The notes under the pieces: model-generated
Databases searched by the model: none
Told to the model about the DNA's origin: nothing
What the model saw: only the letters and a program-made list of their open reading frames with translations
Source of the DNA: a virus
Length of the DNA: 64,000 bases
IMG/VR virus record: IMGVR_UViG_3300042691_019786
Strand: one strand, 5' to 3'
Shown: positions 41,801 to 50,683 of the stretch, one piece after another
Numbering within the stretch: the stretch's first letter is position 1
Layout: each line of letters starts with the position of its first letter
Made by a program: the position numbers and the translations under genes

Positions 41801-42614
41801 CTTGATAATCACCACCTTCTTCTTCATTTACGTTTTCTAGGTCTGGATTTATTTTACCTATTTGTCTTGATAATTCGCCTAATGTAAGTACTTTTGTTGC
41901 TCTACCTTCATTATAAATTTCATACCTTCTTATACCTTGTTCTGTTTCACCAACAGCTTTTAAATACCCTATTAACATATCAGATAACATAGCATAAGTA
42001 TATCCAACAAAGTTTGCTGTGATTTCAAAATTACCAGTTTTTGAGTTAAATTTTGAATTAAATTTATACATGTGAAGACAATACTTCACTGGAAGACCAT
42101 AAAACCCTTTAATTTCTAATTCAAATAATGGATAAGGTAATTGAAAGAAAGTAGTGTATTTACTTTCTGAATTTTTAATTCTGTATTCATTCTGAAATAT
42201 TGAACTACCTCTAACGTCAATAAAATTTATTGTAATTAATGGCGCATAAGATGAATTGAATTCAATATCAATACTAGTTATACCTAACGTTTCATCATTT
42301 TCAGCATCTGTTTCTATTGATACTAAATCTGTATATTTTGTTGTTAAATGTTTTTTACCATCATTACCAATGACACTACCTTCAATAAAATTAACAGCTA
42401 TTGTTCCAGAAGTGTTTGCTGATGCTTTAGATTTATCACCTTCTTTAGTTAAAACTGTTCTACCTTTTTTAGATGATGTTAATTTTACTGATATGCTTAA
42501 ATCTTCTAACGCAACTGGTATGTTGTCGCTTGAATCAAACCCATAAAAATCATTAGGGTCAACAATATTTACTCTACCAGCAGCACAACCTATTCCATTC
42601 TTTTTTTGATTCAT
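35853..42614 (-). CDS. Giant baseplate hub/tail-tip protein with C-terminal M15 peptidase, lysozyme-like and alpha/beta-hydrolase-like domains
   Basis: 2253 aa. Hub motif IEMMGNAMIQP..GAYMITSVSH; M15 motifs YRSYATQ..SYHGWGLAVD..EAWHWEY; AWRQAEGG..NPLN..GVKNY; GFSGGG. Confidence 0.78.
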   Translation of the reverse strand: MNQKKNGIGCAAGRVNIVDPNDFYGFDSSDNIPVALEDLSISVKLTSSKKGRTVLTKEGDKSKASANTSGTIAVNFIEGSVIGNDGKKHLTTKYTDLVSIETDAENDETLGITSIDIEFNSSYAPLITINFIDVRGSSIFQNEYRIKNSESKYTTFFQLPYPLFELEIKGFYGLPVKYCLHMYKFNSKFNSKTGNFEITANFVGYTYAMLSDMLIGYLKAVGETEQGIRRYEIYNEGRATKVLTLGELSRQIGKINPDLENVNEEEGGDYQAANESIGILDDIYGEIDSLGSNIDKDASTKTVFDFIVLKKDDINKDFVKNKIEEEYQKKVFNKDDEECLVLQYNEKSPSNVIVTANWVFKYDTTGKGNRLYKNLSLKKLENATDTELKSYFGNYTTNDQTLNDLKDCLSKYHTSLSDTEAFDVIDMRLLKEILKNKKDKAIKRKNDEKSALADSYKDKVKSRLGFDPTSRTIIECFTAAIEVLCECIFEVATATANHTQRTTELKKAFKLEGGSSKNSDIKGKKLESNDYLPWPAYQEYDVDKKAYVEKYLGSSSLIDNAYENIDEVKFIDDLHAAFKKAQQKDEAAAAALDNSEITSWFAVNPMDLKEYSENKPYTRFKPQTADDVCAVLLIRAMTLLGYTNDYRTLSEEEIKAFAKIEAQAILRDIEDTEDKKIKRGLTQKTTTEIISTQAAVNGKRPDANRPVLTNDGTNYLYTYLYKDTLLRVLPVNKGFIEEGWGNPNNTSVDIKKVLKEEKADEGFVFLTNYSSSSNVEPLKTNPRYKADDGGVYLKIINPDDISAGQLPSEISGDNTIILEGLKKEEISNSTDAQAAGFNSLGSQFGIQEFVNLNYNSNDVPTEDSFKYVFYRNSYNRPYNIKGLSLTKTKTYEQRTGKKGSTSSSLSYLTGTNTNNAIDTILFSQPNSTNQDSTNNDLYGKVGLNRLFLTSASNDITYPYIFLDDNFPSSLFGSHFYYNLKFSVVENSKGKTFEASRPARAMAFLHTLPFNIDINGKPDPFGKPEILNTFRYKGGIIHAPKLWCAYVGSVLWRNDKRDPIIENGLIVGGGSGKKDPIYWDGKGNLGGVLEDEYFPFNFSVENYDIEKNDIINRLPIQVIDEFIRIFFEFTNGDGPTEWLGLRKELEIFDTRNKTPQNFITFTEKMGEVGKTYNDMFNYSGVNTDIIKKNYYIVCNIGSKDDLWLALKDSCDATDNLIKAMREELIILNNNYKIWSDAATTTERSLIRVKMTTLETYLNEVTSVFKENEDSLNKAKEDKRLDNTIFGTSNKDEIKLGLYRTCKNIYDKWLAGAKNIDSLMFQCGNGTRSDVDGNLGKKYGNNRPRLIDSFRFVSRAFSDIGDLLYIDPTPIQDWIGNNTNMSSYEAITSILASNNFEFIALPNFINFNNKENIESIFKPFDYFADSSVSGSCGPSFVCVYTGQRSQHLDYYDNEYEDDGFDLRCDRNGNVDPTVPEDFTSEDNAEYEEKVGSFVVRYSQQNQNIFKDITLDQSEFTETDETLQIQDDIAQKGYENSKTYMGQNIYNVYAVRSYTAEIEMMGNAMIQPMMYFQLDNIPMFHGAYMITSVSHSLVPNSMKTKFKGVRIKYTKTPLVTAKEVYENMIENSDMSNSDSSSNNNGSGGSGGSGGKAASGTYEPIVATLIENGVSNGYIDEGKKYGSVTTKKVTGGSKKYFNITAPKQYLIAEAAVAFDKMFDDFGDWMLANGFKKNAQGKFGHISSLYRSYATQASMKSKIKAKAGKSYHGWGLAVDWFWNNKQGEIAAPFNNAGTPKKYFGFDINPAMKWLYDNSYKYGIINPGWAKDGVGYDEAWHWEYHGTSAICLVKANPNVVGGYKIPVSDSDTYYSFVKNPKKSDGSENVFSKTSCKGVYVKADGTDNEDGPKGAVETTENETLNFFKKLLKKLDAPETEGNLIWLKAWRQAEGGKATWNPLNSIQPMNNATNYNDNGVKNYKTEADGLDATYKTITNGSYPNIVKELKNGIQNKQAALDLAIKLQKKGNDLCIWVRGPKGCEKKGGIPKSQYVANILSYAKVSGSNIWKPKTGSKSNENSKPKKLSNNSDKKGLIIYGGIAPYGASWIKEQWIAAGLGTNIVNYKIIFEEYNGRTVEKIKAANPDYKFVGVFGFSGGGPKIWPYATTDEFKFVGLIDPSTSANDLTNYASNSWGDNVRIMLNPSVWTGQYKAIGDRLAKIKAGKTDKNSDIYQNRDYIYPVNDKHIDIPLKFFNKFNDIIDNL

Positions 42615-42934
42615 TATATTCCGTATAACATTCTATATTTATTTATTTCGTCACTATATCTTTTCATAGCGTCATCATATGGATACGGTACTTTTATTAG
42701 CGTCATGTCTGGAATGTTAAACTCCAATCCACCAAATTGTGGATTTGCTAATAAAATTAACCAACCGCTCCAAGCATTATTATAAAACATATTACTCAAT
42801 TTGTCAAGTCTTGTTGTACCTTGTTTGTAAACATAACTCAAATCTGTACTTGCTTCTGGTAATTTTATACCAGGTAAAGTTTTAATTTTACCATTTTCTC
42901 TAAACGGTAAATATCTATCCACGTATCTAGCCAT
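42614..42934 (-). CDS. Baseplate LysM-like/tail X (gp53-like) protein
   Basis: 106 aa. RLDKLSNMFY..WLILLANP..IKVP. Confidence 0.8.
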   Translation of the reverse strand: MARYVDRYLPFRENGKIKTLPGIKLPEASTDLSYVYKQGTTRLDKLSNMFYNNAWSGWLILLANPQFGGLEFNIPDMTLIKVPYPYDDAMKRYSDEINKYRMLYGI

Positions 42935-42936
42935 AA

Positions 42937-45900
42937 TTAATCATTTGTACATATTCCTAATACTTTGTTTTTAAATTTAATTTTAACAACACCAGGAGTT
43001 TTAAAATCATCCATATCATCAATTTTTAATTCGTAACGATAAGAATGTTCTTTATTATCATTATAGAAGAAATCATCAAAAGGCATATCAATACTTAAAC
43101 TAGCTGACACTCCATCCACACCAATATTTATAACATCACCAACAGTAAAAGGTATATTTTTAGCTGAATACATAATTATTCTAGCTGTATATGGTTTTGA
43201 TAACTCTGATGAAACTTCAATAGTTAAATCTAAATTACCTTCAAATCTTTTTGAACCATACTCTTTTGTATCAGTATTTACACAACCTATTGATTTACCA
43301 GTCATTTTCAAAGTAATATTACTTAATTTATCAATATCACTTTGAGTAGTATCTAACTCTTCTGGACTTTCCCATTCGTCATCGAAAGCGTTAGGTTGAA
43401 TTAATGGGATAGCGTTACCAAACTGGTCTTTCTGGTATAAACCACCAATATCTTCAACTTTTTCTTCTTCAACTACTGAATCACCATAACCATTAGTTTT
43501 ACCCATTTCTAAACTAAATTCACCACCTTCATTTTTTATAACGTCTGCTCTTCCATCATATACATGAGTATTAGCAAAGAAGTTAAATGATACAGCGTTT
43601 TGCAATCTATTTATTGGACCATATAATGATTCACCACCAATAAATTTAAACGACATATTTACGTTAGCAATCATTGGTTGCACACCTATACCTTCTGGGT
43701 TTAAATCCCAAACCAATGGTTCATAATCAAAAGAAATATTATCTATTACAATTTTAGTATGATAGAAATCACCTATTCTTAATATACAAACTGGAGGTCT
43801 ACCAAACGCTAAGTTATCCGCACCTAAGCTTTCCAACGTAGGACCTTGTCTTGTACATTGTAATAAAAATGTTAATCTTTGATTTAATCCTTCTGGTGTT
43901 GTTGAATGAAATGAAGGGTGAAAATGTCTAATTTTTTGTCTTATTTTATCAAAAACAAAATTGTCTTTTTTTTCTAGATATTCAAAAAACATGTTTTCGT
44001 TGTAAAATTTATTTCTGATTTTTCGTGTAATTCTTGTATCTTGATATTCTACTTTATCTGGAATATCTGGGATTTCAGCATCAGCAGCTGCTTGGTCGAA
44101 TTCAAATATTATATCAACAAATCTATCTTTTTTACAACCTATAGTATCAACTGGGCATGCAACACGTCTCTCAGCTTTTGAAATACCACCTGGCTCTCCT
44201 TTTTCTAATCTAGGGCAAATATGACATTCATTAGCTGATACTTTTACATTAACAAATTTTTTAACACCATTGTAAATGTAAGATTTTATAATTGTTGTTG
44301 GTGCTTGTAATTCTTTACTCTTACTTAATAACGCTACAAATTTTTTATTTAATTCAGCGTCAGTTAATCCTAAATTGTTACCAACTTTTTCAACTAATAT
44401 ATTTTTTATGTATGTTGCTCTATCTTTAGCTAATTTAGCGTTTGGTGTATCATTACCTTGGTCACTAGCATAACCTATTATTTTTACGTTACAATGTTTA
44501 CATTTTTGTTTTAAATGTTCAGTTAACGCTTGGAAATATGTTGTTCCAGCATCTTCACTAAGAAAACCTTTAAACGTTTTATCCATAAGTTTTGCTTCAA
44601 TAGCGTCTGGACCTCCATTATTTAATCCAAAATCATTACTATCTGACCAATATGAACGAGATGTATATTTACCTCTATATGATGGTATACCACAACCTTC
44701 ACCTTTTGGGTTTACAGTATAATCAATTGGCACTCCTTCACATTCTCCATTTTCATAATCAGCAAATTTACCATCAAGATTTGCGTTATCATTTGGGAAG
44801 AAAACTTGCATTTTTGTTGGTTCTTCTTCTTTTTCAGCTCGTGGTTTTGGTATTTTTGTTCTATGTTCTTTTGTTACTGTTGATACATTCTCAGTTAAAG
44901 TAAATTTATCAGTCCAAACACTACTTGGGTCGATACAACCAGCCATAAATGACGCAATATAATTATCATCTGGACCGTCCTCGCCTCTAAAAGTGTTCAT
45001 GTATGATGAATGGTCAACAACTACCTTAAATGATAATTGACCGCTTCTTTCGGTATTATTATAAGTATATACTGGTTCACCTCTACCTATAAATTTATTA
45101 GATTCCCATTCAACAGATGAACTTTCACTAAAATTAATATCATAAGGAGGAAACCACATGATTCTACCTCGTTTACCAGTTATAAGGTCGCCTGGACCTT
45201 GTTCACTTTTTGGTAAATTTTCTCTTTCATCATGCCACGCTAAGTTTTCAATTGAAAACATAAATTTTTTAACATCAGTTTTATAAGTACTTATATTATC
45301 TGTTATGTAAGGTACTACTTTAACGTGACCATTAGCTTCTAAAACTGAATTTTCTGTATTGTATCTAAATGGAACTGCATTTATTCCGTCACTAGTAAAT
45401 AATTCATTTGCTCTTATTTGGTCAAACCCAGTTACATATCTGTTATATGTTGTCCATGCACGACAATAAACGTCTTCTGGTTCAATATCTTTAACTGCAT
45501 TATATCTACCATTGCTATTATACATAAAAGATGACAACACAGCACTACCTTTTGAAATACCACCACCATTAGCTGTCTGTGTTTGGTTTGATGTGACCGT
45601 TAAATCACCTTCTCTAGATACTAATGTTTTCATACCATTAGAATCAAATAAACGCTGTGTTTTTGTTAATATATTTTTCTTCTTATCAGAAAAAGGCTTG
45701 GCTTCGTAAGCGTTATTTACATGATATATATCATATTTAGAATTGACTAATCCACCTTCATTTGTAACCCATGAATGTTTAACAGTATTAGTTAATGTAC
45801 CATCTGTTTGTTCATAATTATCAATACCTTTTGTGACAAAATCTTGAAAATCTTTTTCAATTAATTTTTTGTTATAATTTAATGTAGGTATTGCGTATTT

Positions 45901-47229
45901 ATTACCTTTACCGCTACCATCATCTGTACATAATAAATCAACTATTATCCCATTTTGTGAATATGCATATATTTCAGTATCAGTTAATGTTTCAGTATCT
46001 TCATTATCTATCAAATAAGCTGGTACATAACCAGTTCTAAACTGATTTATTTCTGCTAATGGGTCATCATAAATAGAAGTACCATTCCTACTAGCTTTTA
46101 CGTTTTCTAATAACGCAAATAACTGACCTTTACCAGTCGTTTTTAATAATTCGTTAGCTCTAGTTATATTATCAATTTCACCAGTCTCAGATTGAAAAAT
46201 AGAGCCAGCTGGATTCATATAACTTCTAGGTAAAGAAAACCCTAATATTGTCGCTGCTGCGTCTAAGGTACGAGTAAATCCACCTTCTGGTATTGTTATT
46301 TTATAACTTGGTCTAAAACCAGCAAGTCCTTGTCCTTTTAATAAACTATATACGTTTTCTTTTAGATTTAACCCACCTAAAACAGATTCTTGAACGTTAA
46401 ACGCTGCATTATTTGTTAACGCTAATAATAATTGCTGACCACCTATTTGACCTAATTTAGTGTCTTGTAAATTACCAGTAGCACCTAACACTCTACCAGC
46501 TAAAGAAGACCTAACGTCATAATTACTAACTAAACCATTTTGAGAAATTCCAACTCCTTGTCCAGTAACTAAACTACCAATTAAATCAGCAGTTTGATTT
46601 GATGACGGATTACCTTGATTATTAAATATTAAATTACCATTAGCGTCAATATAACCTTTTTTAGTGTCTTTATTTTCAAATGGTTTTGGTTGTTCAGAAT
46701 ATTTTTGAGCTGAATCAATTTGTTTATCAGCGTCATAATAAAGATTATTAAATAAATTATCGTTCTTATAAGCGGCTACTGATGTTTTGCTAAATATTCC
46801 ATATTGGTCTATAACTGAATTTGGGTAATTAGGATAAGTACCCCATTTTTTATAATCAGTTGTATTCACATTACCAAAATCAACAAATTTTTGAATAGCA
46901 ACATAAGGTACTATATCATATGGTGTTGCAGTATTTGGCACTTGAGAATCAGCTTTGAATGTATTAGCAAATGTAACTTGATTTTTATATGTAATACCAT
47001 CAGTAACTATATCAGCTAATTTTGGTGAATTTGGGTTGAATAAATCAGTTATTGGTTCACCAATTTTAACAGTTGTTGGTGCTTTTGATAAAGCGCTTGG
47101 GTATTTTGGCCCTAAATTTTGAACCAATAACCAGTCACGAATATTAAGTGATTGACCCATAATACTGTTTATCGTATTACGGTTACTAGGTGTTGGTGAC
47201 GCTGTATTATATGTAGGATATAAAGGCAT
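42937..47229 (-). CDS. Large baseplate/tail-tube initiator-like protein with an inserted OmpA-like domain
   Basis: 1430 aa. FSESSSVEWE..IGRGEPVYTYNNTERS and PPVCILRIGD..WDL (tube-initiator type) flank VFFPND..IIGYAS..NAKLAKDRA..DRFV. Confidence 0.7.
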   Translation of the reverse strand: MPLYPTYNTASPTPSNRNTINSIMGQSLNIRDWLLVQNLGPKYPSALSKAPTTVKIGEPITDLFNPNSPKLADIVTDGITYKNQVTFANTFKADSQVPNTATPYDIVPYVAIQKFVDFGNVNTTDYKKWGTYPNYPNSVIDQYGIFSKTSVAAYKNDNLFNNLYYDADKQIDSAQKYSEQPKPFENKDTKKGYIDANGNLIFNNQGNPSSNQTADLIGSLVTGQGVGISQNGLVSNYDVRSSLAGRVLGATGNLQDTKLGQIGGQQLLLALTNNAAFNVQESVLGGLNLKENVYSLLKGQGLAGFRPSYKITIPEGGFTRTLDAAATILGFSLPRSYMNPAGSIFQSETGEIDNITRANELLKTTGKGQLFALLENVKASRNGTSIYDDPLAEINQFRTGYVPAYLIDNEDTETLTDTEIYAYSQNGIIVDLLCTDDGSGKGNKYAIPTLNYNKKLIEKDFQDFVTKGIDNYEQTDGTLTNTVKHSWVTNEGGLVNSKYDIYHVNNAYEAKPFSDKKKNILTKTQRLFDSNGMKTLVSREGDLTVTSNQTQTANGGGISKGSAVLSSFMYNSNGRYNAVKDIEPEDVYCRAWTTYNRYVTGFDQIRANELFTSDGINAVPFRYNTENSVLEANGHVKVVPYITDNISTYKTDVKKFMFSIENLAWHDERENLPKSEQGPGDLITGKRGRIMWFPPYDINFSESSSVEWESNKFIGRGEPVYTYNNTERSGQLSFKVVVDHSSYMNTFRGEDGPDDNYIASFMAGCIDPSSVWTDKFTLTENVSTVTKEHRTKIPKPRAEKEEEPTKMQVFFPNDNANLDGKFADYENGECEGVPIDYTVNPKGEGCGIPSYRGKYTSRSYWSDSNDFGLNNGGPDAIEAKLMDKTFKGFLSEDAGTTYFQALTEHLKQKCKHCNVKIIGYASDQGNDTPNAKLAKDRATYIKNILVEKVGNNLGLTDAELNKKFVALLSKSKELQAPTTIIKSYIYNGVKKFVNVKVSANECHICPRLEKGEPGGISKAERRVACPVDTIGCKKDRFVDIIFEFDQAAADAEIPDIPDKVEYQDTRITRKIRNKFYNENMFFEYLEKKDNFVFDKIRQKIRHFHPSFHSTTPEGLNQRLTFLLQCTRQGPTLESLGADNLAFGRPPVCILRIGDFYHTKIVIDNISFDYEPLVWDLNPEGIGVQPMIANVNMSFKFIGGESLYGPINRLQNAVSFNFFANTHVYDGRADVIKNEGGEFSLEMGKTNGYGDSVVEEEKVEDIGGLYQKDQFGNAIPLIQPNAFDDEWESPEELDTTQSDIDKLSNITLKMTGKSIGCVNTDTKEYGSKRFEGNLDLTIEVSSELSKPYTARIIMYSAKNIPFTVGDVINIGVDGVSASLSIDMPFDDFFYNDNKEHSYRYELKIDDMDDFKTPGVVKIKFKNKVLGICTND

Positions 47230-47287
47230 AGTAACTTTATTTTATTATATAAATACTATAATAAACAAAAATTATAAAAAATAAATG

Positions 47288-47317
47288 AAAAAAGGGTACC
47301 AATAATTGGTACCCTTT
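47288..47317 (-). terminator. Intrinsic terminator
   Basis: aaaaaagggtaccaataattggtacccttt: long perfect stem. Confidence 0.85.
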
Positions 47318-47338
47318 AATTAAATTATTTATATAAAA

Positions 47339-47830
47339 TTATTTAGTTTCCAACTTTTTAATTGAATCTCTTAATTTAATAGCTTCTTCAAAGTTTTGAG
47401 TTGAAATAGCTTCTTCTAATTGAGAATTTAAAGTAGTTAACTTTTCAGAAACTTTTTCATAATTTTTAATTAAATCTCTGTATTTAACAGCATCTTCAAA
47501 GTTTTGAGTTGAAATAGCTTCTTCTAATTTATTTTGAAGTGTATGTAACTCAGAAGGTGTTTCAACGTTATTTGTTGATGTAGAATACCAATTATCATTA
47601 AAATTAGTTGAAGAAACATATGATGAAGATGTATAAGAACCATCATTTGATGTAAAAGTTGTTTTATACCACTTTGAACCATCTTCATTAACGCCACTTT
47701 CAGTTTTTGTTGAACCCAATGAAGGTGTTAATTTATTTGTTATTTGATTATAAAATGATTCATATTTTTCTTTATCAGAAAATAAAGAATCAAATAAATT
47801 AAATAATGATTGATTTTTTTTAAAATTCAT
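47339..47830 (-). CDS. Protein with two UVR (UvrB/UvrC coiled-coil) motifs
   Basis: LEEAISTQNFEDAVKYRD and LEEAISTQNFEEAIKLRD. Confidence 0.85.
   Translation of the reverse strand: MNFKKNQSLFNLFDSLFSDKEKYESFYNQITNKLTPSLGSTKTESGVNEDGSKWYKTTFTSNDGSYTSSSYVSSTNFNDNWYSTSTNNVETPSELHTLQNKLEEAISTQNFEDAVKYRDLIKNYEKVSEKLTTLNSQLEEAISTQNFEEAIKLRDSIKKLETK
47385..47529. repeat. 37-bp exact direct repeat encoding the two UVR cores
   Basis: tcttcaaagttttgagttgaaatagcttcttctaatt at 47385-47421 and 47493-47529. Confidence 0.9.
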
Positions 47831-47899
47831 AGTAAATTAATTAATTAAATTATTTATTATTTATATTATTATTTATATATAATATTATTTATTTAAATA

Positions 47900-47928
47900 A
47901 ATATACAAAAAATTTTTGACAATGTCAA
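47900..47928 (-). promoter_or_regulatory. Host-type promoter for the UVR gene
   Basis: Minus strand TTGACA-17-TATATT. Confidence 0.7.
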
Positions 47929-47945
47929 GTATTTTTATTAAAAAA

Positions 47946-50681
47946 TTAAGATTTAGCTGGCATAGGTTTTAATTTTCCACCATTTTTAGTTTTATTGTTA
48001 GTATAAGTAACGTCCTCAGTTACTCTTCTTTTCAATTTTTCTCTTATTTCTTCAAATAATTGTTCTTTTTCTTCAACAGTAAACGATTTATTATTTAGTC
48101 CTGGAATTTCAACTGTAAGACTACCGCTAATAGGGTCAAATGTATGTCTATTTGAAGTTGATACGACTTGTTGTTGCGTATTTGTTGATTTATTAAACAT
48201 TTCTCGTTCATATCTATCAATTCCACCTCCAGGTTTGCTAGCCATTATAGCTTTTACTTTATCAGCGTTATGTATCGGTGTTATAGTACCATTATTAAAT
48301 ATACCTTTACCTTTTGAATAATTAGTACCAAATTTTCTAGACATCATTTTACTAGGCTTACTAATACTAAACCCATCATTTATAGGGTTAGTAAATATAG
48401 CGTCATTAACACCATAAGTATCTAAATCACCTACTGTACCACCAATAGAACCCCCAGCCATACCACCTATTAAACCACCAACTATAGTACCAATACCTGG
48501 TAATAACATAGTACCAAGCGCAGCACCAGCAGCCGCACCACCCCACGCACCAGCACCAGCTCCTAATCCTTTTAATACACCTCTACCGATAGCCTCACCA
48601 GCACCTTTACCTTTTTCTTTTTGTTCACCGTATTCACCAAAACCAGCAATACCACCAGCTAATAAACCACCACTAATAGCACCAGCTGAACCAAGACCAG
48701 CTTTAAAATTAGCACCAAACCCTGGTTTAGGTAAAGCTGGTCCAATCATACCTCCAGGTGTACCATAAGCAGCTCCGCCACCCATTCTAAACATTGAATT
48801 AGCCATACCGCCACCTATAGGACCACGACCCATACCCATACCCATTCCTCCACCAGTTCCCAACATGAACCCTTTAGATAAGGCAATACCATTTAAAAAC
48901 CATTTAGCAGCGTTAAAAAGACCACCAAACAATTTAAAAGCACCAATCAATAATGGTATTGATTTGGTGAAACCAGCGATTGTTGCAACCAACACTGGAT
49001 GTTCAACCATAAATTCACCAAAAGCATTAACAATGTTACCAAACCATTCGGCTACTTTTTCAATTGTTTGTCCAAAACCACCTTTTTTATTTAAACTATC
49101 TGAAAATTTTTGTAATTTTGATACCAGACCAGTTTTAGGGTCACTAAGTTTAGTTATTAAAGGTAATAAAAATATTTTTAATTGCATCATCAAGTTTGAT
49201 AAAGTATCATCAAAAGATTGAGCTTCTTCTGCTCTAGCTCTTAATGACGCTTGTTCAGACATTTGTGTTTTCAAAATATTTTTATCTTGTTGAGATAAAG
49301 TCTTCAATAACTTAGTCTCCCCATTAATTACTATTTTAGCGTTACCTTTTTCATCTATGAAGGATTTGTTAGTAACATATTCTTTAAGGTCTTTATCACC
49401 ACCAAAATCAAAATTAACTTGTGATTTAATCATGCTGAATTTCTTAGCATTCTTACCAGCCGTAACTAAATCATCATAAGCGATACCAGTTTGTTCAGCA
49501 ATGATTTTTAATCTATGCATCTCTTTTGCTGACATATCAAATTGACCAGTTTTCTTGTTGAATATAACCGATTGTTCAGCAGCCTTACCAATCTCTTCAG
49601 TCAATCCAGCCATATCATTACGAGCCATATACATCAAGTGGAATGGGTCAGCCATTTGAGCCCACGCACCACCCATAACTTGTAATTGAGCTGACATGTT
49701 AACAGCGCCTTCAACATCCCAAAGTTTATCAGCAAAACCAGCCGCAAATTCCATATCAACACCTAATTTAGTTATTGTTTCTGCCATTTTAGCTAAACCT
49801 TTAACTCCATCTTTGAAATTGTATTTGTTTAGCATTTTTATATTCTTAGAAATTAGTTTAACTACTTTAGTTGCATCAACACCCATTTTATGCGAATCGT
49901 TCATCGTTTGTTGAACAAATTTAACAGTACTTTCAGCTGCTATGTTTTGGTTACGCATATCCATAGCCATTTGAGATGTACCTTCAACACCTAACCCAGT
50001 AGCCACAGCCATCTCTCCTAACGATTTTAACGTCTTTTCAGACATTAAAGCTGTTGTACCTACACCTTCACTATATTGTGCTTGTATTTGTGATAATTCT
50101 TTAACACCAACACCAATAATAGCTGTTTGTTTAGCAGCAGAAACTATAGAACCTCTAAAACCAGCAGATTCTTTACTTAGGATACCCATTGATAAAGCTG
50201 ATTGCTTCATCGCTTTATCCATTTCAAATAACCCTAACCCTTTTAAACTGTTATACGCACCTTTAAAAAGTCCTGGAATTTTTTCCATGGCTTTTAAAGT
50301 AGGTAAAACAGAATTAGTTAACGCAAGGTTTATAGCTTTAACTTCTTTTAATGTATCATGATACATTTCACGCTGTAAATCTAATTGAACATTCTGTTTC
50401 TTTAGAATTTCTAATTTGATTTTTTCTTTTTCTAATTCTTCATCAGTTAAGTTAATAATACCTCTTTTTCTATCAGCAATTTCTTTATCAACTTTAGCTT
50501 GAGTTTTTCTTTCTAGTTCTAAAGATTTGGTTAAAGTAGCTTGAATATCTTTATATTTCTTTACCGCTTCAATATATTTATCATAACTACTATTAACACT
50601 ATTTTGCAAATTAACTTGTTTCTCAAGCATTTGCAAAACTATCCTAGCTTCTTCTTCTATTTGTTTTCTACTTTTAGCCAT
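47946..50681 (-). CDS. Tape measure protein
   Basis: 911 aa, helical and Ala/Met/Lys-rich, with Gly-rich hydrophobic C-terminal segments. Lies downstream of the tube and chaperone genes and upstream of the baseplate hub. Confidence 0.8.
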   Translation of the reverse strand: MAKSRKQIEEEARIVLQMLEKQVNLQNSVNSSYDKYIEAVKKYKDIQATLTKSLELERKTQAKVDKEIADRKRGIINLTDEELEKEKIKLEILKKQNVQLDLQREMYHDTLKEVKAINLALTNSVLPTLKAMEKIPGLFKGAYNSLKGLGLFEMDKAMKQSALSMGILSKESAGFRGSIVSAAKQTAIIGVGVKELSQIQAQYSEGVGTTALMSEKTLKSLGEMAVATGLGVEGTSQMAMDMRNQNIAAESTVKFVQQTMNDSHKMGVDATKVVKLISKNIKMLNKYNFKDGVKGLAKMAETITKLGVDMEFAAGFADKLWDVEGAVNMSAQLQVMGGAWAQMADPFHLMYMARNDMAGLTEEIGKAAEQSVIFNKKTGQFDMSAKEMHRLKIIAEQTGIAYDDLVTAGKNAKKFSMIKSQVNFDFGGDKDLKEYVTNKSFIDEKGNAKIVINGETKLLKTLSQQDKNILKTQMSEQASLRARAEEAQSFDDTLSNLMMQLKIFLLPLITKLSDPKTGLVSKLQKFSDSLNKKGGFGQTIEKVAEWFGNIVNAFGEFMVEHPVLVATIAGFTKSIPLLIGAFKLFGGLFNAAKWFLNGIALSKGFMLGTGGGMGMGMGRGPIGGGMANSMFRMGGGAAYGTPGGMIGPALPKPGFGANFKAGLGSAGAISGGLLAGGIAGFGEYGEQKEKGKGAGEAIGRGVLKGLGAGAGAWGGAAAGAALGTMLLPGIGTIVGGLIGGMAGGSIGGTVGDLDTYGVNDAIFTNPINDGFSISKPSKMMSRKFGTNYSKGKGIFNNGTITPIHNADKVKAIMASKPGGGIDRYEREMFNKSTNTQQQVVSTSNRHTFDPISGSLTVEIPGLNNKSFTVEEKEQLFEEIREKLKRRVTEDVTYTNNKTKNGGKLKPMPAKS

Positions 50682-50683
50682 TA

